Program-made: the position numbers and the translations under genes | The notes under the pieces: model-generated | Database searches by the model: none | What the model was told of the DNA's origin: nothing | What the model saw: the letters and a program-made list of their open reading frames with translations, nothing else | Shown here: piece by piece, positions 10,667-21,206 of the stretch | How the letters are laid out: each line of letters begins with the position of its first letter | How positions within the stretch are numbered: position 1 is the first letter of the stretch | Origin: an uncultured Bacilli bacterium | GTDB lineage: Bacteria > Bacillota_I > Bacilli_A > RF39 > UBA660 | Assembly (NCBI GenBank): GCA_944358545.1 | Contig: CALVRJ010000003.1 | Span: 1-54,717, forward strand | Length of the DNA stretch: 54,717 bases | Reading direction: 5' to 3'

Positions 10667-11902
10667 TTACTCTATTACAAATGGATCATCAGAAGTTCCT
10701 GAACCTGTAAGTGAGGGCTGGGCAATTCGAACAACTGGGTATATATGGTCAGCTGAGCCAACATCTGTATTAAATGGTTCAGATGGGTTAACGCTTGTAA
10801 CTATTCCATTAGTAATCCTTAGGACAATTACAGCTTCAGTTGTGTTACTTACTTTGTTAGCCGTAGTTCTTGTTAATGTATAGCCATTAACAAACATCCA
10901 ATTTTGATTAGCACAACTTGTATTATTTAGATAATTGTTTACTTTACAGTTTGTATCAGCACTTGCTGAGGCATATTCTGCACCATTTATAAGGCCAACT
11001 TTGTTAGTAGATGTTCCAGATGATTCATGATATTGATATCCAATTTGGAAATCTGTGTCTAATATTTTACTTCTGAAATTACTAGATATACTATTATAAT
11101 ACGTATTATTCAAATATGTATTAATCGTAGCCGGTGATGTCCAGTAATTTGTCCTATTAGAATCCCATGGCATTTCACCAATAGAAGTGTCTCTAATGAT
11201 TTCGAGAGAATTATCGTTTGCCGTAGATATAATTCGCCAAAGTTCATTATTAAATCTAATGTAATTATTTGGATTTGTTCCTTTATAAACGCAGCCATTA
11301 GTTGTTTTATAAAGTCCAGTTCCTTCAACTGCCGTTTTTACTTGCATATTTCCAATTAAACAAATATCAGCAGGAATAGAATCATTTATTTTGGTATTTA
11401 TGGCAATTGTTGCATAGTATCCATTTTCAAACTGGGCAATCAATCTTCCTTTTCTTTCGATGGCTTCAGCATCAATTCTTTTAATGAAATCTCTAAGTGA
11501 TTGATTTAAATAACTATCGCTATTTTTTTTAATATAATTTTTGATATTTGTTAAATCAGAACTTGTATAGATAACTTTTTTAGCTCCGGTAGCTGCAAAC
11601 AATGAATCACAGAATGTTCCAAGTCCAAGGCTTGGATTACAGCCACTATCTTTGTCATAAACTTTAATATACGCATTACTACCTAAGTTATTACTTAAAG
11701 AAACTAATCTCGTATTATCAGCTGAGAAATATTCACTAGCGGAGCCTAAATTATAAATGGCTTCAGGATTATTATAGTCAGTGTTATTTTTATATGTTGT
11801 CATTAGGTTTTGATACTGAACAAATAAAAATATCAAAACAGTTAAAACGAATGTCGATACAACTAATGATTCGGCAAGTAAAAATCCTTTGTTATTTTTC
11901 AT
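10667..11902 (-). CDS. Type IV pilin-like (class III signal peptide) protein with large C-terminal domain
   Basis: MKNNKG|FLLAE prepilin motif plus hydrophobic helix; C-terminal YIRFNNELWRII...KVGLI...YPVV...GSGTSDDPFVI region. Confidence 0.7.
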   Translation of the reverse strand: MKNNKGFLLAESLVVSTFVLTVLIFLFVQYQNLMTTYKNNTDYNNPEAIYNLGSASEYFSADNTRLVSLSNNLGSNAYIKVYDKDSGCNPSLGLGTFCDSLFAATGAKKVIYTSSDLTNIKNYIKKNSDSYLNQSLRDFIKRIDAEAIERKGRLIAQFENGYYATIAINTKINDSIPADICLIGNMQVKTAVEGTGLYKTTNGCVYKGTNPNNYIRFNNELWRIISTANDNSLEIIRDTSIGEMPWDSNRTNYWTSPATINTYLNNTYYNSISSNFRSKILDTDFQIGYQYHESSGTSTNKVGLINGAEYASASADTNCKVNNYLNNTSCANQNWMFVNGYTLTRTTANKVSNTTEAVIVLRITNGIVTSVNPSEPFNTDVGSADHIYPVVRIAQPSLTGSGTSDDPFVIE

Positions 11903-12094
11903 TTCTATCCCCTACTATTCTAAATATATTTTACCGTTTATATTTTTAAAAATCAATACAAAAAAGAAAAATATAGATGGATAATATCAACTATATTTTA
12001 TAATTTTTATTTAAAATATAAAAAATCAATAAAATAGATTCATAAGCTACATTATTGATTTTATTTTTGACTACTTTTTCAGCAGGCTCGCTTG

Positions 12095-13360
12095 TTACTT
12101 GCCTTTTTCGACTATGGTAATCGTTTTGTTATTAAAGTTTAAATTATTTACAAATGTTTGAAATTCATCATAAGAAATATTCTTATAAGTGTTATATATA
12201 TCGTAATTGACATTGCCATATAAATAAACATCTGAGGCAATAGAATCTCTAGTTCTTGAAACTTTTTCAGTAAGTAAGATAACTGAGCTTAGTAATACTT
12301 TTTTAATTAGATTAAATTCTTTTTCCGAATAGGTTTTATCATTAATTGCCTTATCGATTAAGCTAATAATTTTATCAGTGTCTTCTTTGACCGTAACGCC
12401 AACATTTATAATATAATAATCATCAGCTGTATAAAAGCTACAGCCAACGTCGGTAATAATGTTTTCGTCATTAAATGTTATATCGGGAAAATCAGATATT
12501 TCACTGAATTTAAGATTTAATAAAAGTGAAAAATATAAATCAGTAATAATTCTACTTTTTTTAGGTGGTTTTACTTTGTAACTTATAAGTATTTCTTTAT
12601 TTTCTGTATTTCTATGAACTATTTCTTTATCTTTAAAAACGGTTTCCGGTTCTTGTTTAGTTATTTTAACTGGAGGTTTTTGATAAGAAAGGCCTAGCTT
12701 TTGATAATATTTTTTTATAAAGTCTAAGGTTTGGTTTATATCAAAGCCACCTGTTATAGTTAGATACATATTACTCGGATGATAAAAGGCATTATAACAG
12801 TCATAAAGCATTTCTTTAGTTATACTGTTTATATCTTCTAGTGAACCTAAAACTGAATGTTTAAAATACGAATTATGGAAGAGATTTTCATTAGATTTAT
12901 CGTAGACAATCGATTTTGGCTGGTCCATAGTATTTTTCTTTTCCTGAGAAATGATACCTTTTTCTTTTAAAACGTTTTCATCTGTAAAATAAGGCTTATG
13001 AACAGTGTCTAAGAGATTTTGTAAGCTTTTAAAGAAATCATCACCGCCTTCAAAATGGTAGGCTGTGATATAAGGCGATGTAAAGGCATTGGCGTAAGCA
13101 CCGGTTGATTCATAAATTTTTAAAGGGTCAGTACCATCTTCTTTTTCAAACATTTTATGTTCAAGAAAATGAGCAATTCCGGCAGGAACTTTAATATTCT
13201 TGCCATTTAGTTCAAATTCTAAGACAGAACCACCAAATAAAACAGTCATCTGAGCGGCAACTTCATGTCTTGGCATTGGACAGAGGAAAATTCTTAAGCC
13301 ATTAGGTAATGTTTCTTCGTAAACGTCGAGATTTAAGTTATTAAATGTCTTCTTTTCCAT
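12095..13360 (-). CDS. M16 (pitrilysin) zinc peptidase, YmfH-like, copy 1
   Basis: PAGIAHFLEHKMF inverted zinc motif, ANAFTS, EKGIISQE. Confidence 0.9.
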   Translation of the reverse strand: MEKKTFNNLNLDVYEETLPNGLRIFLCPMPRHEVAAQMTVLFGGSVLEFELNGKNIKVPAGIAHFLEHKMFEKEDGTDPLKIYESTGAYANAFTSPYITAYHFEGGDDFFKSLQNLLDTVHKPYFTDENVLKEKGIISQEKKNTMDQPKSIVYDKSNENLFHNSYFKHSVLGSLEDINSITKEMLYDCYNAFYHPSNMYLTITGGFDINQTLDFIKKYYQKLGLSYQKPPVKITKQEPETVFKDKEIVHRNTENKEILISYKVKPPKKSRIITDLYFSLLLNLKFSEISDFPDITFNDENIITDVGCSFYTADDYYIINVGVTVKEDTDKIISLIDKAINDKTYSEKEFNLIKKVLLSSVILLTEKVSRTRDSIASDVYLYGNVNYDIYNTYKNISYDEFQTFVNNLNFNNKTITIVEKGK

Positions 13361-14612
13361 GAGCTTCTCCTTTCAATAAAAAGATGGTATCGATATGAAC
13401 TTTTTTAGCTAAATTAGATATATCTTGTTTAGTTACTTTGCCAATATTAATTCGGCGAGTTTCAATATTATCGCTTCCGGTTAAAACTTCTGATTCATAG
13501 TTAGATGTCAAGGAATCTAAAGAGTCTTCAATATTGTTTAAAGAATTATAGTAAACTTGTTTAGCGTTTTCGATGTATTCGTCTGGGTAATCACCTTTAA
13601 CTATTTTAGCCATATTTTCTTCGATTAAATCATAAACTTCATCAAAGTTATCCGCATCAATTCCAGCAAATATGTTCATCGTCCCAGTTAAACTTTGTCT
13701 AGATGTATAAATGTAATAGCAAAGAGAATGCTGCTCTCTGACGTCGTCAAATAAAAGGGAGTTGCTGCCGCCTAAAATCCAAGAATACAAGGTAAAAACG
13801 TATTTTTTCTCAAAGTCCGTCATATTTAAAGCTTTACAGCCGATTAAAGCTTTACTTTGATTATTAGGAACAGGTTCACTATATCCGTGAGGAGGACTAT
13901 TATATGTTTTTTGAGTTATATAATGGAAATCATTTTTCTTAACTGTCGTATTAATTTTTAGTTTATCGTTTAAAATTTTGATTATTTCATCTTCGTCGAT
14001 GTCACCGGCAATAAAAATATCAAATTTACTAGTTTTAAGCATTTTCTGATAAAAGTCATAAAGCATTTTAGAATCTATTTTTTTAGTTGTATAATAAAGT
14101 TCTTCTAAGGTAACCGGTTTAAAATCGTATACTTGCATATATCCTTGAAGCCTAACTAGAGAGTAAGCGTCAGGATTATCTTCAAGTGACCTTAAGTAAT
14201 TTAATCTATTTGTTTTTTCTTTTTCAAATATTTCATCGATAAAATGATTATCTTCTATTTTAGGAGAAAATATTATCTTAAGTAGATATTCGATAGTTTT
14301 TTTGGTCATTCCTTTTTCGGTATATTTTTCATTTAAAAAAGAACTTCTTAGAGAAAAAACGCTTTGATTACCACTTAGGGATGATTTAATAACCCAGGCT
14401 GGGTCATATATTTCAGCACAGGAAATATTTCTCTCTTTTAATGTTTTATAGCCAGTACTTAATGGAAGGGTTGTTTCTAAAAGAGACATAAAAAAGCGGT
14501 CTTCTCTTTTTAAAGGAAACCTGATTTCAATATTAAAGTTAACAGTTTTAAATTTGTCTGTCTGTAAGATATGGAGGTCATAGCCGTCCATTTTTAAATT
14601 TTTGTACTTCAT
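13341..14612 (-). CDS. M16 peptidase-like non-catalytic subunit, YmfF-like, copy 1
   Basis: TDKFKT N-terminus, SLLFDDVREQHSLCYYI, no HxxEH; overlaps its partner. Confidence 0.85.
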   Translation of the reverse strand: MKYKNLKMDGYDLHILQTDKFKTVNFNIEIRFPLKREDRFFMSLLETTLPLSTGYKTLKERNISCAEIYDPAWVIKSSLSGNQSVFSLRSSFLNEKYTEKGMTKKTIEYLLKIIFSPKIEDNHFIDEIFEKEKTNRLNYLRSLEDNPDAYSLVRLQGYMQVYDFKPVTLEELYYTTKKIDSKMLYDFYQKMLKTSKFDIFIAGDIDEDEIIKILNDKLKINTTVKKNDFHYITQKTYNSPPHGYSEPVPNNQSKALIGCKALNMTDFEKKYVFTLYSWILGGSNSLLFDDVREQHSLCYYIYTSRQSLTGTMNIFAGIDADNFDEVYDLIEENMAKIVKGDYPDEYIENAKQVYYNSLNNIEDSLDSLTSNYESEVLTGSDNIETRRINIGKVTKQDISNLAKKVHIDTIFLLKGEAHGKEDI

Positions 14613-14646
14613 AAATTCACCTCTTTTTTAGTATAACCATTTCTTC

Positions 14647-15360
14647 TTATAAAATAGAATCTAAGGCAAGTTTTATCATTTTGTCTAAGCCTTTTTCTCT
14701 TTCTTCAGATGTAGCCACTTTATCTATGTATTTAGAATCGACAACGCTCATCAAACAGGCAGCATTTTTGCCGAGCATTTTAGCTACATAAAGAAGTGCG
14801 AAGGCTTCCATTTCGGCAGATATTGGTTTAATGTCTTTGGGCATTCTTTCAAAAAATTTAGATATATCGGTAGCATAAACGTCAAAGCAGTCTAGGCATG
14901 CCGTTGTTCCAGTAAAAAGTTTAATTCCTTCTCTATTAGCTGTTTCAATTATTTTAGTGTTTAATTCTTGGCTTGCCTTTACTAAATGACAATTATCGTT
15001 ATTTAAGGTTAAGGCAAAATTACTTTCACTATAAACATCTGTTGATAAGATAACGTCAAACAAATTCATTTCTTTTAAATAAGCACCGCAAGAGCCAATT
15101 CGAATGATATTTTTTACATCATAGATTTTATATAGTTCATAGGCATAGATTCCCATACTTGGCATACCCATGCCACTAGCCATAACGGTTACTCTCTTAT
15201 TTTTATAGTATCCAGTATAGGCATAAATATTTCTAACTTTATTTACGAGTTTATAATTTTCTAAATATTTTTCGGCAATATATTGGGCACGTAGGGGATC
15301 GCCTGGCATAATAACTGTTTCGGCGATATCTTCTTTTTTAGCTTCGTTATGTGGAGTCAT
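14647..15360 (-). CDS. deoD: Purine nucleoside phosphorylase (hexameric type)
   Basis: MTPHNEA, MPGDPLRAQYIA, SGMGMPS, IRIGSCG, EMEAFAL. Confidence 0.93.
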   Translation of the reverse strand: MTPHNEAKKEDIAETVIMPGDPLRAQYIAEKYLENYKLVNKVRNIYAYTGYYKNKRVTVMASGMGMPSMGIYAYELYKIYDVKNIIRIGSCGAYLKEMNLFDVILSTDVYSESNFALTLNNDNCHLVKASQELNTKIIETANREGIKLFTGTTACLDCFDVYATDISKFFERMPKDIKPISAEMEAFALLYVAKMLGKNAACLMSVVDSKYIDKVATSEEREKGLDKMIKLALDSIL

Positions 15361-15448
15361 ATTATCACTTATCCTTTTCTAATGCCATTTTACATTATCA
15401 TTTTATATAAGTCAAATGGTTTGGTATATAATTAGTGATATTTTTAAA

Positions 15449-16714
15449 CTATTTTTTACCGACAATAACATAATTTCTGTTTGAGAAATCAAGGGTTTTA
15501 GTAAAGTTTTGATAGTCTAAAACATCTAATGATTTTATCTTATCATATATATCATATATTGGATGGTTGTAGCGAAGGCAGTCGTTTTCAATAAGACTTG
15601 CTACTCTATCGGGGCTTTCAAAATCCAGAATTATAGTTTTAATCATCAATTTTTTATATATTTCAATATAATCTTCATTTATTTCAGCGTGTTTTAGGGT
15701 ATCGTCTATTAAATCAATTGTTTTTTCAGGGTTGTTTCTGACGATTACATCAAAGCATATAAGGGCGTAATCATCAATGAGGGTTACTCCATAATCAATA
15801 TCTGAGACGTAATTTGAGTCTTGGTATGTACTGTTATATATTTTGGTTAATGGTCCAAATTTTAAACGAAGAATGGCATTTAAATATACTCTTAAAAGGT
15901 ATTCATCTATTTTAGGTTTCTTTATTTTATAAGTTATTGATATGTAATTATTCGATGTATCTTTATGAATTATTTCTTTTTCTTTCAAGACTTTTGCTGG
16001 TTCGTTATATTTTTTTCGAATTACTTTAAATTTAGGAAATTTCTTGTTTTGATAAAACTCTTTTACTTGGACGATGACTTTTTGAGGATTAACATTTCCA
16101 GCAATTATTAAAAACATATTATCGGGGCGGTAAAAATACTCGAAGCAAGTTTTAATCATTTGTAAATCTATTTTTTCAAGGTCTTCGATGCGACCGCCAG
16201 TGTCATAGCGATAGCTATCTTCAACTATGGCGTTTTCAAGAGCTTTTGTTTCGGCAATAAAACTTTTGTTGTCGGCATATTTTAAAAGTTCTTGTTTGAT
16301 GATGCCACGTTCTTTATCCACGTCTTTTTCAGTTATGTTTAAACTGTTTACACTTCTTAATAGAGTATTTAAGTTCTCTTCGAAATTAAGGGGTCCATAA
16401 AAGTAGTATGTGGTTAAATTTTTGTTGGTATAAGCATTATTGGAAGCGGCATTTTTATTGTATATTTTGGCCGGGTTAAAGTCGCCATCAGGAGTATAGA
16501 TAAGGTGCTCGAGAAAGTGAGCTGTTCCCGTATATGTTTTGATAAATTCTTGGTCTTCTTCTTTTTTGAAACTAATATTTTTAGCTCCATATAAAACATT
16601 CATTTCAGCATAAATGTTTTTTCTTTTTAAGGGGCAGATATAGATGCGAAGTCCATTTTCTAAAACTTCTTCATACATGGTATTATTTAATTTTTTATAT
16701 TTTTTCTTAATCAT
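15449..16714 (-). CDS. M16 zinc peptidase, YmfH-like, copy 2
   Basis: GTAHFLEHL, NNAYTN, ERGIIKQE. Confidence 0.88.
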   Translation of the reverse strand: MIKKKYKKLNNTMYEEVLENGLRIYICPLKRKNIYAEMNVLYGAKNISFKKEEDQEFIKTYTGTAHFLEHLIYTPDGDFNPAKIYNKNAASNNAYTNKNLTTYYFYGPLNFEENLNTLLRSVNSLNITEKDVDKERGIIKQELLKYADNKSFIAETKALENAIVEDSYRYDTGGRIEDLEKIDLQMIKTCFEYFYRPDNMFLIIAGNVNPQKVIVQVKEFYQNKKFPKFKVIRKKYNEPAKVLKEKEIIHKDTSNNYISITYKIKKPKIDEYLLRVYLNAILRLKFGPLTKIYNSTYQDSNYVSDIDYGVTLIDDYALICFDVIVRNNPEKTIDLIDDTLKHAEINEDYIEIYKKLMIKTIILDFESPDRVASLIENDCLRYNHPIYDIYDKIKSLDVLDYQNFTKTLDFSNRNYVIVGKK

Positions 16715-17969
16715 TTTTCCGCTCTCCTTCTAGGTAGATTATAGTTGCAATATGAATTTTACGGGCTAAAGCAACAACGTCTTCTTTAGTTACTTTTCGC
16801 ATGTTTTTAATTTTTTCTCGATTAGGAACGTCGCCATATAATACTTCCCCTTTCATATCTTCTGTGCAGACACCAATGAAGTCTTCGGAATCATAAAAGG
16901 AAGCAATGTAAGACTGCTTATATTCGTCTATTAAGTTATCTTCAAAATTGCCTTGACGCATGTCTTCTAGTTTACGGTTTATAATTTCTATCATTTGATT
17001 ATAATTTTCTTTATCAAATGCGGAAAAGATTCTGATGGTGCTATTAAAGTCACAACGAGCAGTAGATATCGAATAACATAAAGATTTTTCTTCGCGAGCT
17101 TCTTTATTTAGTAGGGATTCTGTCCCACCACCTAAGATGCTACTATAGATGCGTAAAACGTAATTACTTTCAAAATAGTTTAAATTAAGACCAACTAGTC
17201 CTATGTTAAGAAGGCTTTGGTTATCTGGTATTTTTTCTTTGATTACTTTTAATTTTGGCCTTTTAGTTTGAATGATGTAAGGAGATGAAATATCTACTGT
17301 TTTAGGTTTGTAAGGTATTCTAGAAGTGATTTGACTTATAATGTCTTCGGATACGTCACCGGTAATAAAGATTTCAAGCCGGGATTTTTTTAAAAGGTAC
17401 TGATAATATTTATAAAGAGTTTGTCCGTCTATATTTTTTATTTGGGCAATAGTTTCTTTTAGTGATGGTAATTTATATTTGGAAATGGGAAGGTTTTCTG
17501 AAAGATAGGTGCCGATATATGATCTAGGATTTTCTTTTTTAGATTCTAATTCATGAATAATTTCTTCTTTAATTATTTCTAATGTTTTTTCATCAAATGA
17601 TTTATTTTCAATTTTAGGATCAAATAAAATATTAAAAGCAAAATCAATAGTTTTTTCATTCATTCCTTTTTCGGTGTATTTTTCGTTTAAAAAGGTTAAG
17701 TTTAACCCAAAGCATAAATATGAACCGGCTATATTATAGTTTACAGAACAACTTGGGGCATACAGCTTATATAATGCTAGATTTTTTTGATTTAAACTAT
17801 TATACTGCGAACTAGTCCTTTTAAGAATGTTTATAAGCAACGGAGCAAAGTATAATGATTTAACATTATCATAAGATACAAATTCTACTAATATTTTTGT
17901 TTGTTTAAATTTATCGGTTTTTAAAACGTGAATATTATAACCATCCACTTTATAATCTTTTATTTTCAT
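16707..17969 (-). CDS. M16 peptidase-like non-catalytic subunit, YmfF-like, copy 2
   Basis: KTDKFK, SLLNKEAREEKSLCYSI; start re-placed at ATG 17969 behind AGGTGA. Confidence 0.83.
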   Translation of the reverse strand: MKIKDYKVDGYNIHVLKTDKFKQTKILVEFVSYDNVKSLYFAPLLINILKRTSSQYNSLNQKNLALYKLYAPSCSVNYNIAGSYLCFGLNLTFLNEKYTEKGMNEKTIDFAFNILFDPKIENKSFDEKTLEIIKEEIIHELESKKENPRSYIGTYLSENLPISKYKLPSLKETIAQIKNIDGQTLYKYYQYLLKKSRLEIFITGDVSEDIISQITSRIPYKPKTVDISSPYIIQTKRPKLKVIKEKIPDNQSLLNIGLVGLNLNYFESNYVLRIYSSILGGGTESLLNKEAREEKSLCYSISTARCDFNSTIRIFSAFDKENYNQMIEIINRKLEDMRQGNFEDNLIDEYKQSYIASFYDSEDFIGVCTEDMKGEVLYGDVPNREKIKNMRKVTKEDVVALARKIHIATIIYLEGERKND

Positions 17970-18008
17970 CCAAATCACCTAATACAATTATAACAGAAAA
18001 AACCAGAT

Positions 18009-19997
18009 TTAATCTGATTTTTCACTTATTATTCTTTTACTAGTAAAATATGTAACGATAAAGTAACCACCATAAATAACAACGATTAATAAGGCTGTCA
18101 TGATAATCGAACTAAGGTTGGTATTGACGCTCATGCTTTCCATGATTTTACTGGCAGACATTATTCCAAATACGGAATGAATTATAGCTATTAAAAGTGG
18201 TAAGGCAAAGAATATTCCGATTTGAATAAACAATGCTTTATTTAAGTTTTTATTATCGACACCTATTTTCTTTAACATTTCGTATTTTTCTTTATTGTCG
18301 CTACTATCTGATAGTTCTTTTAAAGCTAAGATGGCAGCAGATGAAATAAGAAAGATGATTCCTAGATATAAACCAATAAAAATCATGATAGCTCTTAGTC
18401 CGGTACTGGCTGTATAAATATCTATTTTGGTATCATAAGCAGCGCCAATCGTACTTAATTTTTCGGTATATTTCATAAATTTATCATTAGCTTTTTCTTT
18501 ATTTCCTTTAAAATTGGCAGCTAAATAATTTCTAGTTGTTTTGCTTAAGTTTATATCAATATTATCTGGAGCAATGACAATACCTGTATTAGATCTGTTG
18601 CCGCTCATCTGAACTAAGCCTTCTAAACATTTAGGGTATTTATTATGGTATTCCTTATTTCCTATTTGCAAAGTAACACCTTCTTTTAAGGCTTTGTTTT
18701 CATAAGGAAGCATTTGTTTATAATCAGCAATTAAAATAAATTCGTCATCTTTTAAAGTAAATGTATTATTTCCGTATAAAGTAGCTATTTTATTATAATC
18801 GGAGACTTTCATGACTGGAATATAATTATCCGCTAACAAATTAGGGTAATCTTTTAAAACTTCGTCTAGTACTGGTGTCAGGAGAGTTCCGACGTTTACT
18901 TTATCAAAACCATAGGAATAGGCTTCGGCATAATTACTAAAATTATTTAAGCTATATCCTACCTTATTTAAGGCTTCTTTAGCCGTTTCCATATCAGTTT
19001 CTGCAAATGTATAGACTAAGAGGTCGGCAGGCGTGCCATACTTAAGGTCTTTTTTTAGGGTCATATTGACTGACCAAGCTGAGGAAAAGATGGTGATTGT
19101 AAAGAACAAAAGCAAGCAAATGATACTCATTGAAAAGACGGTTGTATTTATTTTACTATTTATTTGTCTTAAGATGAAAATATTTAGGTTTTTAAGATAT
19201 ATTTTTTTATTATTTTGAACTAGTTTTAGGACAAAGCCAGAGATTCCAAAGAATAACAGGAACGTGCCAATGATACCAAGGATTATACTTGTGCCAAAGA
19301 GGTTTAAAGAGTCTAATCTTTGAGTAGCAAAATAATAAGCTATGCCTAAAATAACTACTGCTAATAAAAAGATAAATACCGATAGATAAAGGTTTCTAAC
19401 TTTTATTTTCTCGCCTTTTTTTGAGGCGTTAAATAAATCAATTAGTTTATATTTAGAGACGGCAAAGACGTTAAATATCATAACAATTAAATAAATAATG
19501 AAATAGTAAATAATTGTTTTGACTGTTGCTATTTTAGAGAAGACAAAGGTAAATTTAGACATATCTGCTTCAAACAAATTAGCAACGACAATGCTCATAA
19601 ACTGAGAGGCAATAATGCCAATGAATAAACCAGCAACTAAAGAAATCAAACCGATGAAAAAGGTTTCCATTAAAAGTATTTTGGAGACGTCTTTTTTACT
19701 CATACCTAGGGTTAAGTAAATTCCAAATTCTTTTTTGCGTCTTTTGATTAAAAAACGTGAGGCGTAAATGATAAGAAAGCCTAGAACGATGGCGACAAAG
19801 ATTGATACGCCACCTAAGAATTCATTCATTAAGTCGATTATGTCTTTTTCACCTTCATTTAGTTCAAGCATGGCTTCTTGAGAGTCCATAGAGTTAAAGA
19901 CATAGAAAATGGCTACACCTAAGACGAGGGTTAAGAAATAAATGGCATAGTCTTTAAAACTTTTCTTAATGTTTTTAAATGATAATTTAAAGAGCAT
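18009..19997 (-). CDS. BceB-type (FtsX-like) ABC transporter permease
   Basis: YFLTLVLGVAIFYVF, RRKKEFGIYLTLGM, multiple TM helices, large extracellular loop. Confidence 0.9.
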   Translation of the reverse strand: MLFKLSFKNIKKSFKDYAIYFLTLVLGVAIFYVFNSMDSQEAMLELNEGEKDIIDLMNEFLGGVSIFVAIVLGFLIIYASRFLIKRRKKEFGIYLTLGMSKKDVSKILLMETFFIGLISLVAGLFIGIIASQFMSIVVANLFEADMSKFTFVFSKIATVKTIIYYFIIYLIVMIFNVFAVSKYKLIDLFNASKKGEKIKVRNLYLSVFIFLLAVVILGIAYYFATQRLDSLNLFGTSIILGIIGTFLLFFGISGFVLKLVQNNKKIYLKNLNIFILRQINSKINTTVFSMSIICLLLFFTITIFSSAWSVNMTLKKDLKYGTPADLLVYTFAETDMETAKEALNKVGYSLNNFSNYAEAYSYGFDKVNVGTLLTPVLDEVLKDYPNLLADNYIPVMKVSDYNKIATLYGNNTFTLKDDEFILIADYKQMLPYENKALKEGVTLQIGNKEYHNKYPKCLEGLVQMSGNRSNTGIVIAPDNIDINLSKTTRNYLAANFKGNKEKANDKFMKYTEKLSTIGAAYDTKIDIYTASTGLRAIMIFIGLYLGIIFLISSAAILALKELSDSSDNKEKYEMLKKIGVDNKNLNKALFIQIGIFFALPLLIAIIHSVFGIMSASKIMESMSVNTNLSSIIMTALLIVVIYGGYFIVTYFTSKRIISEKSD

Positions 19998-20754
19998 CGT
20001 TTAGGTCTCCTCCGAGCAGAGTAACGACGTCAATTATTTTATCGAAAAATTCTTTTCTCGTGTCATTTCCTTTTACCAATTCATTAAATATTTTTCCGTC
20101 TTTAATGAAGTATATTTTAGAGCAATAACTAGCTGTATAAGCGTCATGAGTAACCATTAAAATTGTCGCTTTTAATTTCTGATTTAGTTCTTCTAATTTT
20201 TCTAGAAGCATGCGGCTACTTTTACTATCTAAGGCCCCAGTTGGTTCATCAGCTAAGATAAGTTTGGGGTTAGTAATGATAGCTCTGGCGGCGGCAACCC
20301 TTTGCTTTTCACCGCCACTCATCTGGTAGGGAAATTTATTTAAGATTTTTTCGATATTTAAAGTTTTGGCAACTTCTTGAATTTTATTTTCTATTTCTTT
20401 TGGTTTTTTTCCTTGAATAGTTAGCGCTAAAGCAATGTTTTCATAAGCTGTTAGGGTATCTAGAAGGTTAAAGTCTTGAAAGATGAATCCTAGGTCTTCT
20501 CTTCTAAATTTATTTAGCCCTTCTCCTTTTAATTCGGTAACATCTGTTCCACTTATAAAAATATGTCCACTCGTTACTTTATCGATTGTGGCAATGCAGT
20601 TAAGCAACGTCGTTTTCCCAGAACCACTGGCCCCCATAATTCCGACGAACTCGCCTTCATAAACATCAAAGGAAATATTGTTTATGGCTTTGGTTAAGTT
20701 ACCACGATTGCCATAATATTTTTCGATGTTAGCAACTTTTAATATTTTTTCCAT
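19987..20754 (-). CDS. BceA-type ABC transporter ATP-binding protein
   Basis: GASGSGKTT, MSGGEKQR, ADEPTGALDSKSS, MVTHD; start at 20754 behind GAGGTG. Confidence 0.95.
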   Translation of the reverse strand: MEKILKVANIEKYYGNRGNLTKAINNISFDVYEGEFVGIMGASGSGKTTLLNCIATIDKVTSGHIFISGTDVTELKGEGLNKFRREDLGFIFQDFNLLDTLTAYENIALALTIQGKKPKEIENKIQEVAKTLNIEKILNKFPYQMSGGEKQRVAAARAIITNPKLILADEPTGALDSKSSRMLLEKLEELNQKLKATILMVTHDAYTASYCSKIYFIKDGKIFNELVKGNDTRKEFFDKIIDVVTLLGGDLNDAL

Positions 20755-20812
20755 TTTTTTCACCTCATGCCTTAATTATATAGAAGTTTAGTTTTTGATA
20801 CAATTCAATTTG

Positions 20813-20838
20813 CTTACATTAGCTTACATGTTTGTAAG
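20813..20838 (-). promoter_or_regulatory. BceR-type response regulator binding site
   Basis: Inverted repeat CTTACA-N4-TGTAAG (20823-20838) plus an extra CTTACA half-site (20813-20818); TATAAT at 20780-20775 on minus. Confidence 0.7.
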
Positions 20839-20848
20839 AAAAAAAGAC

Positions 20849-21205
20849 TTACTGAAGATGAGTACTGTAATATTCTTTACCTTTTTTAGTCACTTCATAA
20901 GTCTTGTCATCAATTTTTTTAATTAATTTTTGGTTTAGCAATTCGTTTAAAGCGTTTAGCCATTGTTCTTTTTCTTCTTTAGTTATTTTGGTTAAGTTTA
21001 CTGTATAGCTACCTGATTTTAGAGTGTTTTTATCTAAAGTTATATTACTGTTTATTTCGGCAGCTCTTTGAAAAAGCATACTTTCTCGTTCATTTAAGTT
21101 TATATTATTTTCTAATTCTCCTAAGCTAAAGGTAAAATCTCCATCACCAATGTTTATTGTAAATTCGTTATTTTCAAATCTTTTACTTTTGGTTAAGTAA
21201 CCCAT
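20849..21205 (-). CDS. Hypothetical protein with winged-helix-like C-terminus
   Basis: 118-aa ORF starting 1 nt after the kinase stop; LxxLLxxKLI...YEVTKKG pattern. Confidence 0.6.
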   Translation of the reverse strand: MGYLTKSKRFENNEFTINIGDGDFTFSLGELENNINLNERESMLFQRAAEINSNITLDKNTLKSGSYTVNLTKITKEEKEQWLNALNELLNQKLIKKIDDKTYEVTKKGKEYYSTHLQ

Positions 21206-21206
21206 G

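Noticed and set aside
10667-11902. Diversity-generating retroelement
   Set aside because: No reverse transcriptase and no template/variable repeat pair seen in the window.
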